NCBI GenBank assembly: GCA_020891255.1
Contig: BQFW01000003.1
Span: 1,794,445-1,858,444, forward strand
Length of the DNA: 64,000 nt
Direction: 5' to 3'
Origin: Entomortierella parvispora E1425
Lineage: Eukaryota > Fungi > Mortierellomycota
Position numbers and translations under genes: made by a program. Positions 39,701 to 52,024 of the stretch are shown here, piece after piece (position 1 is the stretch's first letter; every line of letters starts with the position of its first letter). The notes below the pieces were generated by a model. That model searched no databases and was not told the DNA's origin. It saw only the letters and a program-made list of their open reading frames with translations.

Positions 39701-40598
39701 GAGCGCTTTTTGTTATTCTTTTTCTTCTTCTTTTTTCGTCCAACTTTTGACGTCGATTCTTCAGATTCCTGAATCAAATCCTCCGTGACATCTGCGACAT
39801 CTGTTATGGACTCGTGCTGTTCCTCCAGGAGAGATCCTTCCGGTGCAGGCGATCCTTCAACCTTGGCGGCCTGACTGCGAGTGGTTCTACGAGTGGACTG
39901 AACAGGGGTCGATGACCGAGAACCGGTCTTGCGCCTGGATCCCCTCAGCTCCAATGATTGCTGTCTATCCTCGGCCCCCTCTTTATCACTGTTGGTTGGT
40001 GGCTCTAAACCTCCTGAATGCGTTGGCGGTAATGGCGAGGATGGTTGAGGCTATTACCAGGAAACTAAGTATCAGCCATTGAGGGATGCAATGACAATCT
40101 CGCAAGCAATATCACGATCAACGAATCATACCTGTGCATTGAACTCCATCTCGTCCATCTCGCTCAACTCATCAGTGCTGTCCACCTGGTCTTCCTGGAT
40201 CTTTTCGATTACAAGATTTGGCTGAGAGGGCGCCTCCTCCATTTGATCGTCTTGGTCTCCATGTTCATTATCAACAAATTCCTGATCTTGGAGCGCCTTG
40301 ATATCGTCTTCGCTATCTTCGTCGTCTGTGTCTCCTCTCCAGGGCAACGCCCATTGCACGAGTCTTTTTCTCCAGTATGGAGTCTAACAGACAGAAAATA
40401 AATCGTAGTATGTTAGGAAATGATAATATGACAACATTAAAAAGCAAATAATGGTTGCTCTTGTACTACATAACATACTTTTGATCGTTCGTGTGCCCTG
40501 GCCTCTGCTCGCTTTCGCGGTGCCTTCCTTGGCCGGTCCTGACGCGCTTCGCGTTGAGCAATCGAAGCGGTTTCTGTATGGTCGACCATTTCGACCAT
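36726..40598 (-). CDS. Large acidic low-complexity protein, probable nuclear-basket nucleoporin (Nup60/Nup1-like), multi-exon
   Basis: Exons splice in frame (..RSK|TPYW..; VI|APKIE). FSFG/NPF motifs. The LAMFFAKQAGKMLTP helix resembles a Nup60-type motif. Confidence 0.5.
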
Positions 40599-40984
40599 TA
40601 GGGTGGGTACTGTAGTTTAGTCTTCGATGGGCTTTTGATTCGTCTTGGTCCAAGGGAAGCGCGCCGCAAGAAGGGTGATGATTGAGTGATTCAGGTCGAT
40701 GAAGTAAATGTGCCGATGTTGCTGGACTGCTGGACGTGATCTGTTCTGTGAAGCATTGCCTCTGGGCAAAACTGATGAATTTGTCGTGGAAGAATATTTA
40801 TCGTAAACATTAATGAAAAGTCATGTGACCTATGTTTTGTTGTTCTCGGTTTTCTGCCCTGCTTGATTCGCCAGCACGCAGCAGTCGCACACCAAACACA
40901 GATTGACAGCATGCCAAAAAGGGCACTCGCATCGCATCTCGTCTCTTTTCATTACCTCGAACCAACTTTTCAGACTACATCACC

Positions 40985-42627
40985 ATGGTACATCCTCCAG
41001 TCTCTCCCCTCATCCCTTACCCCGTTTGCCTACATCGGCATCCACACTACGCTAAATGGACGACAGGATGGACCAAACAGACAGCAACAGAAAACCTTCC
41101 AACCGCATCGAAAGAACTAAATTACAGGAACAAAACATGCCCCATCACATTAGTACTGATCATATCCTCTTGTTTACTCTTGCTAAACCTCATCCTATCC
41201 CCATTTACCACCAACAGCGTCCCATTCTCCTCCAGGGTCACGAGCGTTCATTGACGCAAATCAAATACAACCGTGAGGGCGATTTGCTCTTCTCAGTGTC
41301 CAAGGATCACGTCGTCAATGCCTGGTTCTCTCACAACGGAGAGCGCCTCGGCACATACGAGGGACACATCGGAGCTGTCTGGACGGTCGATGTCAACTGT
41401 AAGTGCGGGACTCTTAGTCCTTCTGGAAACTTTACGGTCACTCTTGGGATATCGAACTGAGCACAACCAAGGACTTGCTTGGGGCAATACTGGATTTACT
41501 CCTGGGTCATCTAACGACAATCCTGAAATGCCAAGAGCCTGTAGGTCGTGTCACTAACAATTACAATATTAACATCATCTAGCAACCTCCACTCTCTTGG
41601 TGTCTGGATCTGCTGATAACACTGCCAAGATCTGGGATGTGTCCAACGGAAAGTGCCTAAAGTCATGGGAGTTCAACACTGCTGTCAGACGTGTTCAGTT
41701 CTCGGAGGATGACAAGATGGTCTTGATCGTCACTGAACCCCGTATGGGTTTCCCCGCTACCCTTCAGATCTTCAATGTCGAGAACGGCCTCACCGAGCCC
41801 AGTAAGGATAGCTGCGGCTTCGCAAAACAACGGATTATACAAGAATTCATGGCCTTTAACACTACTTCTCTACTCCTATAGTCTCATCGGAGCCTTTGTA
41901 CAACTTCCTTCCCGAGGGACCCAAGATCACTGTTGCTGCCTGGAGTGCGCTTAACAGATACATCATTGCCGGTCGTGAGAACGGATCTGTCGTTTTGATC
42001 GATGCCGAGGTATGGAACAGCCGTGAACATTTTTAGCGTTGGGACCCCCTACTCTGGCTGTTCTAATCTGTTTTTCTCTTCTTTTTATCATATGAACCTA
42101 ATCTTCAACACTTGGACAAAAACTACCACATCTCGACATCCTTGCACCCTCCTTTTTTTTTTGGCATTGAACAGTCTGGCTCCATCTACAGCACCAACAA
42201 GATCCACGAGCTCACTATTACAGATCTCCAGATGTCCGCTGACCGCACTTACTTTATCACGTCGTCCAAGGACAAGTCTGCCAAGGTTGTTGAGACTGAA
42301 TCATTGGAAGTCCTGAAGACTTACTCGACCGACACTCCCCTTAACTCTGCTGCCATCATGCCCAAGGTTCAGGAGTTTGTTGTTGTTGGAGGAGGACAGG
42401 AGGCTATGGACGTCACGAGGACCAGCAGCAGACAGGGTAAATTCGAGTGCCGTTTCTGGCACAAGATTCTTGAGGAGGAAGTTGGACGTGTCCGTGGACA
42501 CTTCGGCCCCATCAACACCATTGCTATCCACCCTGATGGCCGCAGTTTCGCCTCTGGTGGAGAGGATGGTTACGTTCGCGTTCACCATTTCGATGACGAT
42601 TTCTTTACTTTCAAGTTCCAGATCTAA
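40985..42627 (+). CDS. TIF34: Translation initiation factor eIF3 subunit i, multi-exon
   Basis: M|[66 protein letters not shown]. Confidence 0.97.
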
Positions 42628-42908
42628 GAAATACAATATATTTCTTGCTGTGCGTTGAGGTTTGGATGATAGTGCTGTAAAGGGGTAGATGGGGAGATAG
42701 TTGATGACAGGCGTTGAAAGTGGTCGATCCATCACAAAAGACCCATACCATTAAAAATTGCATGGTGTATAAGCCATTATTGTTTATTTTATTCATTATT
42801 GTATTTTGGTTTTCACTGTTGGCTGGTCAGAGGCAATGAAAATAATATTGTTAGAGGAAGACAATGCCACATAGGGCCACACCTACTCCTCCATGAGTGG
42901 ATGAAGAC

Positions 42909-43621
42909 TTACGCATTTCTGGTCACAGATGGAAGTCGAGCTACGATACCATCCAACTCCTTGTTCATTAGCACTTGACATCCAAGTCGAGATCTATATA
43001 ACGAAAGTATAGAATGGTCAGGCAAACGTTATTTTCTATCCTGACTTCCCCACGATGTCAAGCTATGAAACATACGTATCAGTCAGTCCAAAAGCAAGAT
43101 CCAGCATGTCATTCTCCTCGTCCGTAGGCTCTTCTAACTTTGAGTAAGAGGACTCGTCCAGGATCAGATGGCAAGTCGAGCAAGCCAAGGAAGCCTCACA
43201 AGCTCCCTCAATGTCAATATCGTTTGCCCACGCAACGTCCAACAAGCTCTCGCCTTCATGAGCTTGAACAGTAATCTCCTCGCCATCCTGCATGACGAAG
43301 TTGACTTGGAATCCTTGTCCCGGACCTGGACGGCCTTTCTTTGTGTAGAGAATGCCTAGTGAAGATAAAAATTGGGTGATTAAAGGGCGATTCCCAGCGC
43401 AGTCATCCAAGGATGACTGCTGTTCTGTTCCGATCTGATTAATTTTGTTTACCAGAGGCCGTTGAAAAGCGTGCGGTTTTAGGTACAAAGTGAGAGGACC
43501 CGCTGGTGCTGATCTGTGTCCATGAGGCTGATCCCGAACGGAATGCCGAGGACAGCCTAGGAGTAAAAGATGCGGCTTTGGTCAAGACGCTCCGGGCGGA
43601 AGTGGCAATGAAGGCGGCCAT
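42909..43621 (-). CDS. YAH1: Mitochondrial [2Fe-2S] ferredoxin (adrenodoxin family); 3' end approximate
   Basis: Presequence, [29 protein letters not shown]|SRLGCQV. Confidence 0.92.
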
Positions 43622-44080
43622 GGTGCGCAGTTGCTGGGGAAGGGTGGGAAATGGGCAAAGGGTCTCGTTGCTAGGAGGTTGAGCCAAGCAGTCCGAGATG
43701 AAATGGGGCAGGACAGGACGGAAGGAATGAATAAAGTGGTCGTGTGCGATGCGGTGATCAGTGATCAGTCTGCTTGTCTCTCCCACGTGACAATATTTTT
43801 TTTCTCGGACCGGGCCTGCAGGGCATTCGTTCGTTCGCTCGTTCGTTCGTTTCGTTCGTTTCGTTTGTTCGCAAGGAAAGAAAACCTTCTGCACGTTCTC
43901 TCTGTCTCTCCTTTTTATTTCTCTCCCCCATCTCCTCTTTCTTTCTCCTCTTTCTCATCCTTCTTCATTCACCCGCATCACCCCCATCCCTGTCCTTCGC
44001 TATCTCCTGCAGCTCTTCTGACTGGCACACATACACTCTCAGCTCTCCTTATTTTTCCACTCTCCTCTAAAGCAACACCC

Positions 44081-46904
44081 ATGTCATTCCCGAGCTTGGT
44101 TTCTGGTGGGGGGGCCGAATGTGGACCTGTCAATCCCATGAATGGTCTCGTAAAGAACTTCTCCCGAGACCGAACTCTCCAGCAGGTGTGTTGTGTGTTT
44201 GCTTGAGACCTGCCCCCCGCGCTCTTTGGTGCCGACAACAGGCTCCGACCCACTTTAATCTGATCCCGACTGACCTTTTTTACTTTCACGCCGTGTTCCC
44301 CGCATTTAGGACCACTTCACATCCAGTCGGAACGCCGGAACGAGCTCCTCGGGCTTCCGAACTGCTCGTCAGGGCCAACAGCAAGCAGGCGACCAGGTAT
44401 TTTAGTAGCTAAAGGCAGATTCTCCAAACTTGGCTTTATTCTGCACGCAGAGGCGTCAGTGTTTCGGTCAGTGAAAAGAGATACTCACTCCTCTGCCCCT
44501 CTTCCGCCCTTGCGTTCCCAATGACGCCTAGTTCTCTCAGGAATTCTTACAGACCCAACAAGGCGGCTCCCAGGAGTTTTTTGAATTTAATGAAATGGGC
44601 AAAGAACTCGACGGCATCCATCAACAGCATCACCGTGCCCAGATCGGTGCCCCAAGAGGTGCAGACTGGGCCATGGATTTTATGCAACAGAGTCCTCTTC
44701 AGCAACAGCACTCTGAATTTCACAATGATACCCAGCTTCAAGAGTTTGAAAACGTTTTCAGGAACGCGCAGCATCAACAACAGCAAGAGCCTCTTTCCGC
44801 CGGTAAGACTTTTTTTTTTTTTTTTTTTTTTTTTGTAATTATTGGTGAATTGAACTTTGTCGGTCAGCATAGAGAGTGGATAATAACTGATGATAACTAA
44901 AAAAAAAAAAACGTCAACAATAGGCGGCTGGCAAGCCGAGTTTGCCGCATTTGAGCAAGCCCATGGCGGATTGGAACATGCACTTCAACCAGAGCAGATC
45001 GCTGCTTTTGAACGCGCTTTTGAGGATGCAAAGCAAGTTAGCGAATGGGAGTCGGAATTCAAAAGAGAGAACCCCACATCTTGGGCTGAAGAATTTGCAG
45101 CTCAGGAAACTAATCCAGCGGCGGACCAGGACAACAAGGAGGCACTCGCCAAGACGGCAGGGCTTTTACTCGAATCCGTGGATCCGGGTACGAACGAGAA
45201 GTTCAAAAACTCGTCGTTCATGAACTTCATGCGTCGTCTCCGTGATCAAGAGGTGGCCATTGAGGGTAATAAGCTTGTGGAGCAGACAACTCCCGTTCAG
45301 TCCACAGCAGGTAATGACTGGGCTGCTTCATTCAATCATCAACAAGACAAGGGTAAAGGTCGTGCTGTAGACTGGTCCTCCGAGTTCAATGGCCAACAAC
45401 AGCAACAAAATGGAGGCAGTACTTGGTCCACGGAATTTGAGAAGCGGATTCAGCAACACATTCAAAATCGGGAACCTGGCGGCATGATGTCGAGCGACTT
45501 CGCAAGACAGCAAGAGTCCAATTGGGCAGAAGAGTTCACAGGCGTGGCCCATGCCGTGGGTGGTGGTGTAATTGGGGCCTCAAATGACTGGGCACAGCAG
45601 TTCAATTCTTCGAGACAAGATACTGCTCAAGATTGGGTCAATGAGTTCAACTCTTCAAACGCCGCCGAGGAACTGGAGAATGCTTTTCAACAGCAGCAGC
45701 ACCTCCAGGATCAGAACGAGAGCTGGGTTGAAACTTATCGGAAAAATATTGCCCACCTTGCTCAAGAGCCGGGTGACAAAGAGTGGGATGCTCTGCAGAA
45801 GGATTGGGAGAAGAACGAGACTACAGGGTTGGGCTACAAAGCCTCTGATCCTCGGTACCAAGTCTACGCCTTTGAACAAAACAACCCTTACATGGTGGCT
45901 GACCCCGCTAAACTTATGGATCTTGCTGCCCGCGGTAACCTCACAGAGTCCATCTTGGCCCTTGAGGCCGCTGTGCAAAAGGACCCCACTGATGCAGCTG
46001 CCTGGCATCAGCTTGGACTTCGTCAGCAAGAAAATGAGCGCGAAACGATGGCCATTGCAGCTTTAATCAAAGCAGTGGAAACGAACCCCAAAGAGCTGAA
46101 CGCGTGGCTTGCACTGGCCGTCAGTTACACGAATGAGAATTGCAGAGTCGATGCCTATGACGCGCTCCAATCTTGGGTAGAAAATTCTGATCAGTACATG
46201 GGCGTGATCAAGAATGTACAGGGCGGACAAGGAAGGTCAGCTCAAGAAAGGCACGAATATGTGACAGGATTGTTTTTGGAAGCTGCGCGGACAAACCCTG
46301 GCGAAAACTTGGACCCTGATGTTCAAATTGCTCTCGGCGTACTGTTCAATGTCTCTGAAGAGTACGAGAAGGCTGTTGACTGCTTCAGGGCAGCCTTGAA
46401 CCTTCGTCCAGATGTAAGTGCAGCTCTCAGCTTCTTAATTATACGTATGAAATTTTCAAAAGGGTTGTAAATTGTGTGATAATAATGTTTGTGCGTGGAC
46501 TTTAGGACTATATGCTTTGGAACAAATACGGGGCTACACTGGCAAACTCTCACAACACTTCGGCTGCTATCGAGGCCTATTTCAACGCCCTGAACATCAA
46601 CCCATCCTATATACGTGCCCGGTACAACCTCGCCATTGCCTGTATTAACCTTGGTCAACATCGGGAAGCGGCCGAGCATCTTTTGAGCGCCTTGTCGTTG
46701 CAGAATGCGGGAGATGCCGCAAGAGGGCTCATGGTCGGCTCTTCGACAGCAGGACCTCAGCCTGATGGAGGCATTGGAGGCATGTCTCAAAATGTTTGGG
46801 AGACATTGAAGATGGCCATGTACATGCTAGGTCGAACAGACTTGGCTCACCGATGCGAGACAACAAGAGACCTGGATGCTTTCAGGGATGAATTTGATTT
46901 CTAA
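44081..46904 (+). CDS. PEX5: Peroxisomal PTS1 receptor, multi-exon
   Basis: N-terminal GAECGPVNP conserved Cys, multiple WxxxF motifs, TPRs (LWNKYGATLANS, PSYIRARYNLA), ending FRDEFDF. Confidence 0.96.
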
Positions 46905-47040
46905 TCCTTGAATTCGACAGCTCTACATTAAAGACGATTGCATGTTTCTGCCATTTTTTATTTCAAAATGTTGAGAGACTGAATGAAAGATTTTCGTCTT
47001 TGACAAACAGGTGGGCTGGCTGATGTCAAAACGAAGAAAT

Positions 47041-48286
47041 CTATGGCTCGCTTGTACTTTTGCCAGTCTCATAGAAACGAAGGGATACTCGGCCATTGGA
47101 GGATTGAACCTTGATCTCGCTCTGGCCATCACCACGATGGCCGTACTTTGTCGTCTTCTTGTCTTGCTCAAATGTCAATTCTGTGCCTTCAACTGCACTC
47201 GAGGCATTGCTGGTATCCACCTCGAATCGACCATGGAAGGCTTCAGTCTTTTTTTAATAAAAAAAAAAAAATACATGGTAAAGTCAGAGCGCAAGGTGAA
47301 AATGGGAAGCAAATCACAAATTATCTAGTATGCCTTACCAGATTGACCTCCACTGAGGCATTGGAGGACCTGCAGAAACCCTTGAACTTCTCATTGACAG
47401 GAACCATGATGGAGGACACGATACTTCCGTTAGAGGTTTCGTGCTTGACCTCCAATGGCTGCCCAGAAAGACTGGCATCGATATTGCACTCAACCTTCCC
47501 ATTGTTCGTTACCGCATTCACCCAAGAGGCTCTGTCAGCTTTGGCCAGTAATGCACCAACAATCAACCTTCCATTATTTGAATTGGTGTCCAGCCGTAAA
47601 CCCCTGGCAGTGTTGATTGTTGAGATGTGGGTATCGATTGAAGCATTTGACGTGTTCAAACGGACAGTCGACTGACGATCATCCAGCGCGTCTTGAAGAA
47701 TCAATTTGGCATGGATTGGACCGTTGGACGACTTGAGGTCGACGTGACCAGCTCGGAACTCTCCCTCGATATTTCCGTTCTGAGTTCGAAGCTGGACGCG
47801 ATCTGCATAGATTGATTTCAAAGAGACGCTCGAGTTCGAGAAGGAACCTTTCAGGCTCTTAATGAACAGATTCGACAAATCTTCTCCAGCGTTGAACGAA
47901 GTCAAAGGCGACTCGACACTCAAGGATTCTGTTGAAGAAAGGGTCGTGGGGTATTGGATCAAGGTTTCATGGTAAATGCGCGTATTGACTCCCCAATGGG
48001 CAGGGGTTTCAACAACGAGTGTGAAGGTCTTGTTGTTGAATGATGGCTTGATCGTGACTTCGTTCTTGTCCTTTTCGTCCATTACCCAGACGCGGACTGA
48101 GATCAGACCAGAAGTATTGTCGGACTCGGAATCGGAGCTGTGGGCAACTTGTATCTTGCCTGCCAGCTTGCCATTGGCGACAAAGACAACGTTAGGGTAT
48201 TCTTTCGGGTCGAAAGAAGTATCGTCGTTGGGGATGCGGACGGGTATGTCTGGGTTGGAAAGGTTACCCTGGAAATAGTGGAACAT
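47041..48286 (-). CDS. DUF4097/putative-adhesin-like beta-repeat protein; intron 47248-47338
   Basis: Repeated TSNG/TQNG/SSNG turns. TATAAAA at 48370-48376. The second exon TEAFHGRFEVDTSN..SSNGRVSLRF continues in frame. Confidence 0.7.
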
Positions 48287-50049
48287 GGCGTGGTGTATAT
48301 GATGTATGTAGTAGTGATGTTGTCGCAAGATGGATTGACGGAGAGAAAGGGGAGGCTGGGTGGCATCAGTTTTATATCAGACTTTGAACGCCGTGCCAAG
48401 GCCATAAAAAAAATCCTTGGCGCAGAGCCAAGACTTAAAAAAACAAAAACCTGAACCAATATCGGTCCGTGCGACGCTGTGTACCCCGCTTCCCCACTTC
48501 CTCTCTTTTGTCATTCCCACTGTTCTTGCCACTGGACGATCGTTGTGGGTAATGGGACGGGACGAAGGAGATAACACATTAATGACCAATCGGCCGCCAT
48601 GATACTTACGCCCCCAAAAAGAGTGATATACTGTATCAAGCAATGGCAAAAAAAATCAGTTATTGCGGCTGGATGCAAATTACTTGACGATGCTACTGAA
48701 GATGAGATCCGGTTGAACTTATCTGTCACACTATTGCTATACTGCGGTGATCATTGATGTAAGATATTTGCCTACGAGAAGCACTTATCGACGGCCATGG
48801 TAACCTCAAGGACCGGAAAAATCAAGCGTTTTTGATAGAAACTAAAAAAAATTGAATGGTGTGGCGCATGAAAAGTATATGGCACACGGAGTCAGTGAGA
48901 ATAAGAGAGGGATCTCTGCCAGCAGCATCATTTGCCGCTGCGCCACCAAATTATGCGACAGCGCATACATATACGGGCATATCGAAATGAGTTGCATGAG
49001 CTCATGAGTTCCATTTTTAAAGTTTACGTTAATCGTATGATCACGTGCTATTGGCAGCTATCTCGATTGGTGGCGTGTGGAATTACATTAACTTGGGTCT
49101 GCTCCCTGGCGGTGGTCCAGCGCTTTGTATCGACTGTCTTGGCCACGAAAGGCAGACAAGAAAACGAGGGAAAATCATTTCCCCGACTTCTTTCCGCCCA
49201 GTTATACTGTCGCAGTTATCCTGAGCGAGGGAAAGGCCCCGGGTGTGCTTCGGAGCGTGGTTTATTGCAAACTGCTAGATTCAGGACAGGACAAAAGAGC
49301 AGGGGCGCTACATACTCCAGTGGAATAGCTGGATCAGAGTGATGTATAATGGGTAGCAGTGCGAACGGTGAGGAGTAGATGTGGAACGTGCTGTACTCAA
49401 CAAGTAAATAATACTCCCTTTATTTCAGTACATGAGAAAGTCCTTCCCCACCTGAGGACCTTCAGCCCCAGCCCCAGCTCCAGTACCTCATAACACTCAG
49501 AATAAATCTCCACCCACCACCAATCTTGTTCTTGAACCTATTCTTGTTCTCGTCCTTGTCCTTGTCCCCTTCCTCGCCCTTGCCTCGTATCCCTTCCTCT
49601 CTACAGTAGTCGCGCTCTTCGTCTGAGAGTTTCTATACGACGATGTTAAGAGCGCTGGAGACTCGTGCTAAGTCTGGCCCGGGTTCATGACACATCCGTG
49701 CGGATCAGAGAGTGGTGTAGAATAGGAATTGGGACCACTCTGTGGTGCACCTCCGTTCTCTTTTTTTTGAAGTCGGAACTCCGGCTCTGGTTTGGGGGGG
49801 GGGGTCCCTCGGTCCATTGATTTGATCGCACGCAGCCTTGAGCTTGAAATACAGATCCCACCTCTCCTCTTTTTTCCTTCCAATCCCCCTCGGGGATCCC
49901 ATTGCTGTTGGTGACATTGTTTTCTCACACTTCGCTTTGAAGTCTCTGGATTCTTTTTACGACCCTTCTAGGCCTCAATGAATTGGTCCAGGGGAAAAAA
50001 AATGAAGAAAAAAAAAACGAGAGTGAGAGCATTTTTTGCAGTGAACCGG

Positions 50050-51060
50050 TGTGATGTTGTCTAAAGTAAGTATAGTCTAACGTCAGCAAAGGCTGGAGGT
50101 GAAAATGATAACGAAAAGAATAATAACGAACAAAGCTCGCTGCTTACATATGATAGGGACTTTGATCTCTGTGCCACAAGGATCAAGCACAGCACTGCTA
50201 TATGATCAGATACAATCTCGAGAGAATGAACTGGATAGACAGGAGGAGGAGAATGAGCAACAGGATCACGATGTAAGCAGGAACGAAACTGAAAGGAGAC
50301 TAATAAGGACATACCAATGAGCTAAGCACGTCCTAATGGTAACCAAACAGGAGAATAAACAACTACGGAGGCGAACACTAGGTACTATACTAACTAATAA
50401 CAACAACAAGGGAGGATTGAAGGGATCTAATCAGTAAGAGCAAGGCTAGAAGTATTCTATCAGGGAAAGGGGACAAGGCCGCCTAACTGAGGGTTCAGGA
50501 GGGACTCGAGGGAAGGCGACGAGAAGATAAGGGAGGTTCCCAAGCACCAGTTAAGGCCTCAGGGTGGGATGCCAAGATCGTACAAGTCCACTCAAAAGAG
50601 ACAAGACATTGTTGGTACCTCGTAAGTGAGCAAGGACACGGAGAACTGGTTGGCCGAGGTTCTTGACGGGACTTGTCGAGGACGGGGAAGATCGTAACTT
50701 GTGAGTGTACAAGGTCGATCAACAGAACGCAATAGGTCTGTGATATCCAAAGGTAAGGGGGGGAGGAGGTTTAGACTAGCTACTAATAGTCTCAGCAATC
50801 GGAATTAAGGCGTCGAGCTTGCTGCTGCTGCAAAGGGGATATCGGGCAGGAAGGGGGGGGATGTGTGTTTGTGTTCTGAAGGGTTCAACAAAAGTGTACT
50901 GGCAGGAATCGTAAAGGAAGAAGGCAACCAGGAGCAAAATGGATTTTGCTCCCTTCTTTATAGAAAAAAAAACTGAAACTAAACAAAATAATAAATGCTA
51001 CTGAAAATGTATATCTACTCCGATTGATGTGGATCGGGACTCCACATCTACTACACCACA
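50050..51060 (-). mobile_element. Solo LTR-like insertion (1011 bp) with 4-bp TSD CCGG
   Basis: TG..CA ends and imperfect inverted termini (TGTGATGTTGT vs TGTGGTGTAGT, 9/11). CCGG at 50046-50049 and 51061-51064. Minus-strand TATAAA at 50957-50962. Confidence 0.65.
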
Positions 51061-51337
51061 CCGGTTCGGTGCACCGGCTTTTTTCTTTTGAGAGACGCGG
51101 TGCACCGGGTTCTCTTTTTCGCCCAGTCGTAGCCCCTACTGCAGAACCTAAGATAGCCCTTGCCCCAGACTCTCTTCCTTGTGGATTGACCGTAAAAGTC
51201 GTGATATATTCCCTCCAGTGCACTGGTGATTTTTCTTTGCCAGTCCATGTTTGGTATCTACACCAACAGGCAGCATCAGAACCTTGTGCTGGCAGAGTCA
51301 GTCGAAGTGATACCATCATTGCCCCGACTTCTTCCGC

Positions 51338-51727
51338 CATGACGACTAGTCCTGCCCCGGTTCCGCCAACATTACGGCCAAGTGTCGACTCTCCATCAGT
51401 ACCCGGCCTTTGCACTGATACAAAGAAGCGAGCGTCTGCGGAGCAGGACACTCCTGACACAAAGACCCTGCGGAGAAGCAAACGAACAAGACATCCTATT
51501 GGTTTCAGTTACGGCGAACTCGCCCCAAATGGCCCACTTCCTGTTTGCCGGTCGTGCATGAAAAAATAGAGCGACATGGCCAGAGGTTTTTGTTGACAAC
51601 AATGGAGGATGACGTGAAGAGATGGCGCAATACCGATTCCTACCACTTTACGAAAGAGTGCATGATGGCGATGCCTTCCAGATATCACCACTCAGCTCAA
51701 GTTGCAATTGAACAGTGTGGAAAATAG
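51338..51727 (+). pseudogene. Frameshifted ORF fragment with a PARP-type-like zinc finger
   Basis: Adding one A to the A6 run at 51561-51566 gives CRSCMKKIERHG..SYHFTKEC (C-x2-C-x29-H-x4-C). Confidence 0.35.
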
Positions 51728-51812
51728 TGGAAGTCATTGATGCCAAGGATTAGACAGGCAAGAGAAAGAGCAGAATAAACAGAATGAACTGAGATCGTAA
51801 AAATAAGATGGG

Positions 51813-52024
51813 TGTGATATTCTCGTGGGGTCTTACTTACAAACAATAACAGTCAATAGAAGTCAACGAGAACAAAAGAGGGTTTTATTAAAGACAGGCA
51901 CCAGCAGGTCTTTTATAGTCCGGCGGGTGCCAGTCACGGAAGACTCTTAAACATCGGAGAAGTAAAAAAGGACTGCGACTTAGGACTGGCGTCCTGAGCC
52001 CCATACCTAGTGCTAAACATCACA
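51813..52024 (-). repeat. 3' LTR of element A (212 bp)
   Basis: TGTGAT..ATCACA perfect inverted ends, TATAAAA (51911-51917) and AATAAA (51884-51889) on the minus strand, 2 nt after the PPT. Confidence 0.88.

Noticed and set aside
48377-50000. Short ORFs between the DUF4097-like gene and the transposon island
   Set aside because: No recognisable domains, consistent splice structure or codon pattern.
51026-51048. Helitron 3' hairpin
   Set aside because: No CTRR terminus at the expected distance on either strand. It is better explained as part of the solo-LTR-like insert.
50862-51060. Separate ~200-bp plus-strand LTR preceded by a G-rich PPT-like tract
   Set aside because: No TSD and no partner LTR. 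The larger 50050-51060 unit has better termini and a TSD.
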